Positions 38,611 to 46,187 of a stretch of 52,885 nt of DNA are shown here, in pieces. A program made the position numbers and the translations under genes. The DNA lies in IMG/VR virus record IMGVR_UViG_3300008952_003486, positions 1 to 52,885 of that record; one strand, given 5' to 3'. Each line of letters starts with the position of its first letter. Positions within the stretch are counted from its first letter, which is position 1. The notes under the pieces were generated by a model. The model was given only the letters and a program-made list of their open reading frames with translations, made no database searches and had not been told where the DNA came from. This stretch comes from a virus (Duplodnaviria > Caudoviricetes).

Positions 38611-39864
38611 CTAAAAAGAAATGACTTCCCATTTATTATACTTCTTTCGACTCTCCCAGGATCCTCTTTCAAGATAAACTTTAGAAAGTAATCTGTCCCA
38701 CTTTTGCAAAGTGTCCTCAAAATTATAATTTTTAATAATGTTTTCTCTTCCCTTTTGACCCATCGCGGCACGGTCTTCTGGACTCATTTCGTACATTTTG
38801 AGAAGTGCTTCAACAAAATCTTCACCGCTAATTCTGTCTTCGTATATGAAAGGAACTTGCTGAGATCCTATAATTGCTTTTGACGAAGGTTCTATGCCTA
38901 CGCCAAACCACTCCTTGCCATCTGTTACCTGCTGTTGTAATCCGCCAGTCATCGTCACGATGATCGGAGTCTCACAAGATAGAGACTCAAAAGTAGACAA
39001 CCCGAAACCCTCTGCATCTGAGATGCCACAAGTTACGTCCGCAAGGTTATACATCATGGATAGTTCTTGCGGAGATGTTTTTTTCAAAGAAAAAAGAACC
39101 TGACCGTTTGTCAATCCTAATTCCTGGATTATCGCTTCCAAATCCTGCCCGTGCGGATCTTTGGGATCTGTATGCATCAACAGTGTTGCCTTATCGTGAC
39201 CAACCTTATCTAAAAAGTCCTTAAACCAAAATATTAAACTTCCGGACATTTTTCGGCGGGCATTCCTACTATTCCAAAAGACCATAAACTTGTCTCCCAA
39301 GTTCGAACTCTTTCGGAACTCCTCCACCTTATCTCCGGGTAATTTTGTAAATAATCCTGGTGGGATTATATGAGGAATATAGTGACATTCAACATCGGGA
39401 GCAACGGTCCTCACGATATCATCGGTAACTTTGGAAATTGTACAAATTACATCCGTGCTTTCATAAAAAGGTTTGTTGAATGTGGGATATGGTATATTGT
39501 CCCAAACATGATAATATACCATGGGTACCTGTGCTCGTATTTCATCTTCTATATCCCACAACCATCCGAAGAATCTAGGATCAGTCATAAACCACAAGAT
39601 GTCTGGTTTGTGGGCGCGCAACATGTTCCTTACCGTGTCCGGATTTCCATATCCATCCACCGGAAAGATCAACCAGTCATCTTCATATTCTTTAGTCTTT
39701 TGTGGTTGGTAATTTTCATGCTTAACGGCGCCCGCTAAAGAAATTATAGAATATTTACCACTCTTCAATAAGTGATCTAAAATATATTTGGTTTGCGTTC
39801 CTACGCCCGAAGGAGATAGGGGATGATCGCTTATAGTTAAGATTTTTATTTTTCCGTCTTTCAT
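38611..39864 (-). CDS. GT4-like (GT-B) glycosyltransferase
   Basis: SGVG, RNARRK and AEGFGLSTFES motifs; ATG at 39864 with GAGGG RBS. Confidence 0.85.
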   Translation of the reverse strand: MKDGKIKILTISDHPLSPSGVGTQTKYILDHLLKSGKYSIISLAGAVKHENYQPQKTKEYEDDWLIFPVDGYGNPDTVRNMLRAHKPDILWFMTDPRFFGWLWDIEDEIRAQVPMVYYHVWDNIPYPTFNKPFYESTDVICTISKVTDDIVRTVAPDVECHYIPHIIPPGLFTKLPGDKVEEFRKSSNLGDKFMVFWNSRNARRKMSGSLIFWFKDFLDKVGHDKATLLMHTDPKDPHGQDLEAIIQELGLTNGQVLFSLKKTSPQELSMMYNLADVTCGISDAEGFGLSTFESLSCETPIIVTMTGGLQQQVTDGKEWFGVGIEPSSKAIIGSQQVPFIYEDRISGEDFVEALLKMYEMSPEDRAAMGQKGRENIIKNYNFEDTLQKWDRLLSKVYLERGSWESRKKYNKWEVISF

Positions 39865-39865
39865 A

Positions 39866-40687
39866 TTATCCCTCACATAATGTCTTCCACACTGCGCATG
39901 AGCGACATGATGTCTTCTTCTTTATAAAATTACCATGGTCGATGCTGTGCACTGCTGTTTCAAGTAGTCTCAGCGCATTCGAGGTCTTCTTTGCCCCGCT
40001 AGATACTCTTATGATCTCTACGCTGTCTTTCTTTGCCACTCGCTTAAGCAGTATAAAGTATGTTTCAATGTTTTTTAAATCAATATTGTGTTTTTTTGCT
40101 AAAAAATGCTTATAATACGTAAGTTGATAGGTCACCATCGGATCGGCGCGCTTTTTATGATTCCATCCCCAAGAGCAAGTCTTCCAATCAATAATGTGAT
40201 ATTTGCCATCTGGAGTTCGAATTGTCAAATCTACAATTCCTCTAAAATCATAATCTGCTAATTTATACTCCTCAATGGGAATATCGACCTGCTCCTCGGT
40301 CGATACATAACGAAAGTTTTTGCCGAAGTGCGACTCCAAAGAATCTAAAACCTGCTCTATAATCTTTGGCGCTTGGTTTTCAAAATCCAAAGTCTCTTTT
40401 TCGCCCGGCAATTCTGGCAGAGATTTCAATTCTCTATGATACGCTCCTCTAAACTTTCTCTTTGATTCGCTAATCAAATAATCACGTTGCTTCTTATTTC
40501 TATTAAGAATCATGTGCTCCATCACTGTATGCATGGCGGTGCCAAACGCAGTGTGGATGTTGCCTTTAAATTTATAAGATTTATCTATTCTCGTTATTTT
40601 ATAGTAGTTTGGGCAAAACTGCCAATCCTTTATTCCGCTAAAGGATACATATTCAACTAATTGTTTCGGTTCCTGCTTTAGGGTCAC
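39866..40687 (-). CDS. PD-(D/E)XK nuclease, Cas4/RecB-like
   Basis: CP..Y, FGTAMH, GIVDL...IIDWKT, QLTYY and C-terminal CxxC...C motifs. Confidence 0.85.
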   Translation of the reverse strand: MTLKQEPKQLVEYVSFSGIKDWQFCPNYYKITRIDKSYKFKGNIHTAFGTAMHTVMEHMILNRNKKQRDYLISESKRKFRGAYHRELKSLPELPGEKETLDFENQAPKIIEQVLDSLESHFGKNFRYVSTEEQVDIPIEEYKLADYDFRGIVDLTIRTPDGKYHIIDWKTCSWGWNHKKRADPMVTYQLTYYKHFLAKKHNIDLKNIETYFILLKRVAKKDSVEIIRVSSGAKKTSNALRLLETAVHSIDHGNFIKKKTSCRSCAVWKTLCEG

Positions 40688-41036
40688 TTTTGACTCGCTT
40701 TCTTTTTTTAGGATTCTCTTTCATTATACCAGAATTCTGAGATGTTGTCAAGTCTTTTTCTTTCTTTTCTTCTACTTTTGGTTTAATCGCAGGATCCTTC
40801 GTCGAAAAAACATAGACACCACTCTGCGAAGCGCCAGAGTAATTGCACAAAGTGCAGGACTCCAAACACTCAAACACACGAATGCCTTGTCCTTGCAAAT
40901 GCGCTCTGACGTGGCGTGCACGAACTACCTCTAGAAACTTTTCTGCCTCTGATGCTTTCGGCGGCAATCCTGGTACCGTAACCTCCACAACTACCTTTTC
41001 TTTTTCTTTCTTTATCTTATATTGTGCCATATTCAT
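40653..41036 (-). CDS. Hypothetical protein with Lys-rich C-terminus
   Basis: 127-aa ORF with GGAGGAG RBS. Confidence 0.65.
   Translation of the reverse strand: MNMAQYKIKKEKEKVVVEVTVPGLPPKASEAEKFLEVVRARHVRAHLQGQGIRVFECLESCTLCNYSGASQSGVYVFSTKDPAIKPKVEEKKEKDLTTSQNSGIMKENPKKRKRVKSDPKAGTETIS
40723..40751 (-). promoter_or_regulatory. Consensus sigma70-type promoter
   Basis: TTGACA-17 nt-TATAAT with extended -10 TG, 36 nt upstream of the nuclease start. Confidence 0.8.
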
Positions 41037-41718
41037 TCTCCTCCCCCAATTGAATTAGGTTTTCAATCTTGTTATAAGCTTGTGGGGATATATTTCTTAT
41101 TTCCTCGTGATCGCCCATAAAATACTTTTCAAACGCATTCGCAAAATACTCTCTCAAACTAGTGGCGCCATATGGAGACGCAAATATATTAACACTCAAG
41201 GATGCTAAAAGTGGGTACCCAACATCCTTATAGAGGAAATCATCAAACTCCTTAGAATAACTAGTATTTAAAAAATAATCTTTTGAAATAGTAGAATTAC
41301 CTTCACTTTCGAGAGACGCCAGCAACTGCATCCTCTTAAGAATAAACTCGCGCTCTACTTGACCATCACCATATATATCTATTGCATGAGTCTCTTCCAT
41401 GGAGTGAGATATCTCATGCACAATGTCATCAATTAAATCATCTTCATCAAAAACACTTTTTGGTCTTATGTATATCGCACCATCTTGATACATTGCATCC
41501 ATGTGCCGATCTTTTAAAGATTTAAAGTCTCCTATATATATGGACTCTATATTAGAGAAGAAGAATGGCGGAATCTTCTCCTCTACCTCACCCAACACTT
41601 CATCCATATCAACATTGTCTGGCAATTCTTGTGAATTGTAGACATTGATCCGATCCATCCACATGAAATGTTGACCGCGGGATTTCTTATTAAGTTGCTT
41701 TAGATACTGTTCCATCAT
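41017..41718 (-). CDS. Zincin-like metallopeptidase domain protein
   Basis: VHEISH and SPYGATSLREYFA (HExxH plus downstream Y..T...E.FA); start taken at MMEQYL. Confidence 0.65.
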   Translation of the reverse strand: MMEQYLKQLNKKSRGQHFMWMDRINVYNSQELPDNVDMDEVLGEVEEKIPPFFFSNIESIYIGDFKSLKDRHMDAMYQDGAIYIRPKSVFDEDDLIDDIVHEISHSMEETHAIDIYGDGQVEREFILKRMQLLASLESEGNSTISKDYFLNTSYSKEFDDFLYKDVGYPLLASLSVNIFASPYGATSLREYFANAFEKYFMGDHEEIRNISPQAYNKIENLIQLGEENEYGTI

Positions 41719-42052
41719 CTTTCTTTTTACTCTTTTTCGCCTTCTTTTTGGGTTTCTTTTCACCATTTTTTTGGGCAGCGGCGAGTCGCTCCTTCTCAAC
41801 ATTCTCTACATCTGAAAGCGCCTGCTCATATCCGCGCAACCAATTTTCTCGCGCAACTACTAAAAGAAATTCTGGAAACTCAGATGCTAATGTCTGTACA
41901 ATCATCTCAACCGTCACTTGACCATCTGCTGGCGTCATAACTTGCCCCACATAGTTTACAAGCATTGCCTTGAGGGGACCTTCTGTTTCCTTAATCACCT
42001 TTTGAGCTTCGTCTTTCTCTAATTCGTTTTCTACTTCTTGTGTATCTGTCAT
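41690..42052 (-). CDS. Hypothetical protein with Lys-rich tail
   Basis: 120-aa ORF with AAGGAG RBS. Confidence 0.7.
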   Translation of the reverse strand: MTDTQEVENELEKDEAQKVIKETEGPLKAMLVNYVGQVMTPADGQVTVEMIVQTLASEFPEFLLVVARENWLRGYEQALSDVENVEKERLAAAQKNGEKKPKKKAKKSKKKDDGTVSKAT

Positions 42053-42070
42053 TTTTTTCTCCTTTTGTGC

Positions 42071-43060
42071 CTAACACACTGTTTCAATAATCTTATGGCA
42101 TACTACGTATGGATCACAATTTGCTGCCGGTCTACGATCCTCCAAATATCCCTTTTCATCTCTCGCTACTTGCCACGGAATCCGGATGGAGGCGCCTCGG
42201 TCAGAAACGCCAGATCTAAATTCAGTAATTGAGCAAGTCTCGTGAAGTCCTGTGAGTCTGGCGTCGTTGTTGCTGCCATATGCCGAAATGTGCTCTGCAT
42301 GCTTCTCGCCCATCTTATCAATAGCTTTTGATATCGCAAAAAGTCCTCCAGGGTCTCTCATTGCCTTGGTTGAAAAATTGGCATGGCAGCCGGCGCCGTT
42401 CCAATCGCCTGGTACGGGTTTCGGGTCAAGACTAACAGTGACGAAATACTTAGCCGCTATCTTTTCCATCAACCATCGCGCCACCCAGATATCGTCCGAC
42501 ACTTTAAGCGGGTCAACTGCTCCCACTTGATATTCCCACTGCCCAAGCATAACTTCTGAGTTGATGCCTGTCATAGAGACGCCGGCAGTGATGCACGCAT
42601 CTAAGTGCTCTTGAGCAATATCTTCTCCAATGTTTCTTCCACAATAATAATCACCTTGAGGCGGCGGTTCACCTTCCTGTGGCCACCCTAGTGGGCGCCC
42701 AAACTGAAGCATTGTATATTCCTGCTCCAAACCAAACAAAGGTTCTTCTTCGTTTTCTACCATAATGCTTTCAAGATTAAACCTAGCATTTGTTTCGTGC
42801 GGAGTACCATCTATATTCATCACCTCGCACATTGCGATCTTGCCGCCACTTAGCGGATTATCATAAAGTCTGACTGGACTTAAAACACAGTCAGACTTAT
42901 CTCCTGGCGCCTGGTTCGTCGAAGACCCATCGAATCCCCATATAGGTACCTGAGATATGCCCACAATATCGCCCTTACCATCTATTACCTTCGTCTTACT
43001 CCTAAGTGCTGCTGTCGGCCGAGTTCCATCGACCCAAACATATTCAATCTTTTGCATCAT
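42071..43060 (-). CDS. glnII: Glutamine synthetase type II
   Basis: EYVWVDG, WGFDGSST.QA, EQEY, PQGDYYC, NSEVMLGQWEYQ, DWNGAGCH, RLTGLHET and YLEDRRP motifs. Confidence 0.93.
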   Translation of the reverse strand: MMQKIEYVWVDGTRPTAALRSKTKVIDGKGDIVGISQVPIWGFDGSSTNQAPGDKSDCVLSPVRLYDNPLSGGKIAMCEVMNIDGTPHETNARFNLESIMVENEEEPLFGLEQEYTMLQFGRPLGWPQEGEPPPQGDYYCGRNIGEDIAQEHLDACITAGVSMTGINSEVMLGQWEYQVGAVDPLKVSDDIWVARWLMEKIAAKYFVTVSLDPKPVPGDWNGAGCHANFSTKAMRDPGGLFAISKAIDKMGEKHAEHISAYGSNNDARLTGLHETCSITEFRSGVSDRGASIRIPWQVARDEKGYLEDRRPAANCDPYVVCHKIIETVC

Positions 43061-43065
43061 TCCTC

Positions 43066-44385
43066 CTATAAAACTCTCGATGCTAATGTTGCCACGTCAG
43101 ATCTCTCACCTCTCATGAGAGTAACGTGACCTGCTAGACTATGACCTTTAAATTTTTCTACCGCGTATGCCAATCCATTGGATGTTTCATCTATATACGC
43201 ATTATCAATCTGCTCAATATCCCCAGTTAATATTATCTTTGTGCCCTCTCCGACGCGAGTGATAATTGTCTTCAACTCATGACAAGTCAAATTTTGCGCC
43301 TCATCAATGATGATGAAAGCTTTCGAAATTGATCGACCCCTTATGTAAGTCAACGCTTCTATCTGTATTTTACCACTATCTACTTGCATTTTTAAATTTT
43401 CTTTGTCTTCTGCCATTAAAAATTCTAAATTATCTTTGACTGGTGCTAACCACGGTGCCATTTTCTCATCCAAAGTTCCCGGAAGATATCCTAAATCTCT
43501 TCCCATGGGTTGGATGGGGCGCGAAACTATCATTCTGCTGTATATGTTTTCCTGTAATACTTGCTCTAGTCCTGCCGCGACCGCAAGAAGAGTCTTGCCG
43601 CACCCTGCCTTTCCCACCAAGGTAACAATTGGTACTTCCGGATCTAGCAACAAATCTAGTGCATAATTTTGTTCTTTGTTTTTTGGATTAATCCCCCAGA
43701 CCCCTGAAGATCCATTCTTATATTGTCTTATCTTTCTGAGGGGGGCATCTTTTCTGTCGAACTTTGCCAATGCAGTGGTTGTTTTGTTGGAATTTGAAAT
43801 AAGCATCAAAAACTCGTTGGGATAAATGTGGTTGGCAGCATCAGCGGGCAAGATCAGACTTTCTTCTGCGTAAAAGCGATCAATATCTTGCTGATCCACC
43901 AGCACATCTCTACATCCTGTGTAAAGTTCGGTCCTATCTTCCACTACCCTTTCCGGACTATAGTCTTGGGTCTTCAACTCTAGGGCGTCGCAAATGACTC
44001 TGAGATTTATGTCTCTTGATACGAGCACAACTTTCTTGCCCTCTTTAGATAGGCGCAAAGCAGTTGCGACAATTATATGATCTGGAACACTAGGATCTAA
44101 GTCTGCCGGCAGTTCCTTGAGATCCCCCACTGTCCTGGTATATACCATTCCCTTCCCCTTTCGAAGGCGCACACCCTTTGACAACCTGCTCTTTTCCCGC
44201 AGAGAATCTAAGATTCTAATAATTTTCCGGGCGTTTGCACCAACACTATCTTGCCTCTTCTTATGCTTATCAATCTCTTCCAGCACCTTAAGGGGCACTA
44301 CAATATCATTTCTGGCAAATTGATAAATGGAATTTGCGTCATGTAAATAGACGCTGGTGTCCAACACATATGTGGTCTTTCTCAT
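43066..44385 (-). CDS. phoH: PhoH family ATPase with N-terminal PIN domain
   Basis: VLDTSV...EEID...DHII...SRDINL (PIN); GKAGCGKT, GYLPG, YIRGRS, IIDEAQN and GDIEQID (PhoH). Confidence 0.92.
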   Translation of the reverse strand: MRKTTYVLDTSVYLHDANSIYQFARNDIVVPLKVLEEIDKHKKRQDSVGANARKIIRILDSLREKSRLSKGVRLRKGKGMVYTRTVGDLKELPADLDPSVPDHIIVATALRLSKEGKKVVLVSRDINLRVICDALELKTQDYSPERVVEDRTELYTGCRDVLVDQQDIDRFYAEESLILPADAANHIYPNEFLMLISNSNKTTTALAKFDRKDAPLRKIRQYKNGSSGVWGINPKNKEQNYALDLLLDPEVPIVTLVGKAGCGKTLLAVAAGLEQVLQENIYSRMIVSRPIQPMGRDLGYLPGTLDEKMAPWLAPVKDNLEFLMAEDKENLKMQVDSGKIQIEALTYIRGRSISKAFIIIDEAQNLTCHELKTIITRVGEGTKIILTGDIEQIDNAYIDETSNGLAYAVEKFKGHSLAGHVTLMRGERSDVATLASRVL

Positions 44386-44409
44386 TAACTAACCTTTATG
44401 CTTCTAAAA

Positions 44410-44417
44410 TAAATAGT
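44410..44417 (-). promoter_or_regulatory. Candidate phage-specific promoter ACTATTTA
   Basis: Intergenic, about 25 nt upstream of phoH. Confidence 0.5.
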
Positions 44418-44458
44418 ATTTCTGGTGTGTTTTTCTGTTTTAGGATCATAGATATTAT

Positions 44459-45268
44459 ATGGGGAAAATAAAAAAGTTTATAGAAAAATCACTTTTGTCT
44501 CTCTTATGCACTGTTGCATTATCATGCGCGCACTCAGATCCTGAAACTGCAAGAGGATGCACTGAATGTGATCATAAAAAAGCAAACGTCTCAAAAGTTG
44601 CAACTCCAGTCAGCAAATCCAAAAGTATGGTGCTGATAGTGGGTACCGTATTCCAGGGTGAAAACTATTTGGGGGAATGGACTGGAAGTGGCGCTATTGT
44701 TGGTCATCATGAAACTCATGGTACCATGATATTGACTGCTGGTCATGTGTGTGTCCTCCAAAGCAGACCTCCCACCGCTAGCGGAGATGATCCTATAGTG
44801 TGGAAACTAGATGTTCTCGACAGAAAAGAAATTAAATATCCGGCAAAATCTGCTTTTGTTGCAGAAAATTTCGATGCATGCTTAATAAATACAGACTCCA
44901 TAGATATGCCAGATCTGCAATTCAGCGACAGTCCACCAATAGAGGGGGAATCTGTTTTTAATATATCTTCACCATATGGCATGTTTTCAAGGGAATTTTC
45001 TCTCATATTTCAAGGTTTCTTTGCGGGCGTCCTGACCAAAGGTAGTGAAAACCCCACCCTAGGCGTTATTCCTGAAGATGTTTCTTTCTTTGCTATTCCT
45101 GCGGCGCCGGGTTCTTCAGGATCCCCTCTTCTAAATCTAGAAGGAAAGATAATAGGCATAGTTAGTCGTGTGCACGGCAGATTCCACCACCTTGTCGTAT
45201 CGCCACACTATAATCAACTAGAAGCGCTGTTTGCTGGAAAAGCAAACGTTAAAAATTACGACTTCTAG
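44459..45268 (+). CDS. Trypsin-like (S1) serine protease with signal/lipoprotein-like N-terminus
   Basis: GSGAIV, LTAGHVC, FDAC and APGSSGSP (catalytic triad); basic then hydrophobic N-terminus ending VALSC. Confidence 0.88.
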   Translation: MGKIKKFIEKSLLSLLCTVALSCAHSDPETARGCTECDHKKANVSKVATPVSKSKSMVLIVGTVFQGENYLGEWTGSGAIVGHHETHGTMILTAGHVCVLQSRPPTASGDDPIVWKLDVLDRKEIKYPAKSAFVAENFDACLINTDSIDMPDLQFSDSPPIEGESVFNISSPYGMFSREFSLIFQGFFAGVLTKGSENPTLGVIPEDVSFFAIPAAPGSSGSPLLNLEGKIIGIVSRVHGRFHHLVVSPHYNQLEALFAGKANVKNYDF

Positions 45269-45456
45269 TTAAGTAGATTTTTAACCTTTACCTCAAATAA
45301 AGTTCTATGTCCGCCGGACCACCTAATCAAATATAGATGCTGAGACCTGTCTGATTCTACGTGCTCCAATATTACGCCATATTCTGGATATAATCTATCC
45401 GGATCAACTATCTTTTCCCCCTTCCTCAACTTCTTCATAGATCTATTCATCTTCAA
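45265..45456 (-). CDS. Small hypothetical protein (SH3-barrel-like pattern)
   Basis: 63 aa; GEKIV...YGVIL...YLIRW pattern. Confidence 0.45.
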   Translation of the reverse strand: MKMNRSMKKLRKGEKIVDPDRLYPEYGVILEHVESDRSQHLYLIRWSGGHRTLFEVKVKNLLN

Positions 45457-45569
45457 ACACTATCCATTCTACCAACAAACTAAACCACTCCTTGGCGCCT
45501 CTCCTTTCGTTTAGATCATTCTTTTTAATTACAACCACATAATGCTCAAAACTAACCAGATATCTCCTC

Positions 45570-45598
45570 ATTCTATCGCAGAATTCTTGAATTGTCAA
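45570..45598 (-). promoter_or_regulatory. Sigma70-type promoter
   Basis: TTGACA-17 nt-TAGAAT. Confidence 0.65.
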
Positions 45599-45650
45599 AA
45601 AATACTCCGTTTTTGTAGTATACCACAATATATCGCAGTATTTAAAAATA

Positions 45651-45743
45651 TTATTTTCCTTTTCTAATTTCGATAACTGTATCAACGATCATATCTGCTA
45701 GCACGTATATCGAAACAATTGCCATTAGGGCAGGCAGTACCAT
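45651..45743 (-). CDS. Small single-pass membrane peptide (30 aa)
   Basis: MVLPALMAIVSIYVLADMIVDTVIEIRKGK; could start at the GTG at 45758 overlapping the upstream stop. Confidence 0.45.
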   Translation of the reverse strand: MVLPALMAIVSIYVLADMIVDTVIEIRKGK

Positions 45744-45757
45744 TTCCGATATGTGCA

Positions 45758-46120
45758 CTATTCTACTTTTTCCTCAAAAAAACTCTCAACATTAGTTTTC
45801 TTCATTTCGCTCTTAAACTGCAAAAGAGAGAGTCCTAAGAAATTAGAAGCTTCTCGCTGAGTACGGGTAGCACTGAGCGCTAATTTTAGCATTGCATCCT
45901 TGCAGATATCTCGAATCGATTTCCACAAAGGGATCCCGTATATAGGTACCCCGGATGACTTCATTGCTAGTTCAAGTTTTAGTGCGATTATTTCTTCTAG
46001 TGTTAGAGAGTTTAGTGTAATTTCAAAATTTAAATCCGTTTTTCTCTCTCTTAATAGTTTCTTACTTACACTATAGTATTTATTTTTTCCTTGAATTCTT
46101 CTTTTTTTCTTCCAAGTCAT
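45758..46120 (-). CDS. Hypothetical protein with C-terminal Fis-like HTH
   Basis: LALSATRTQREASNFLGLS resembles a Fis/NtrC HTH. Confidence 0.6.
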   Translation of the reverse strand: MTWKKKRRIQGKNKYYSVSKKLLRERKTDLNFEITLNSLTLEEIIALKLELAMKSSGVPIYGIPLWKSIRDICKDAMLKLALSATRTQREASNFLGLSLLQFKSEMKKTNVESFFEEKVE

Positions 46121-46158
46121 ATATGCTTCTTATCGCCTCCTGCCCAACCAACCTCACT

Positions 46159-46187
46159 AGGGTAGCACGATTGTCGAAGGATGTCAA
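46159..46187 (-). promoter_or_regulatory. Sigma70-type promoter
   Basis: TTGACA-17 nt-TACCCT with extended -10 TG, followed by AGGAGG. Confidence 0.55.

Noticed and set aside
22194-39864. Bacterial O-antigen/capsule locus or eukaryotic giant virus origin
   Set aside because: Continuous with gp6/gp25-like baseplate and phage sigma genes; uses Shine-Dalgarno sites and sigma70 promoters; no housekeeping or NCLDV core genes recognised.
39866-40687. CRISPR-Cas system suggested by the Cas4-like nuclease
   Set aside because: No repeat-spacer array or other cas genes seen; solo Cas4-like nucleases are common in phages.
45443-45685. 80-aa ORF from the ORF track
   Set aside because: TTG start without RBS; overlaps a more plausible membrane peptide ORF and contains a sigma70 promoter. 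A shorter 3' part cannot be excluded.
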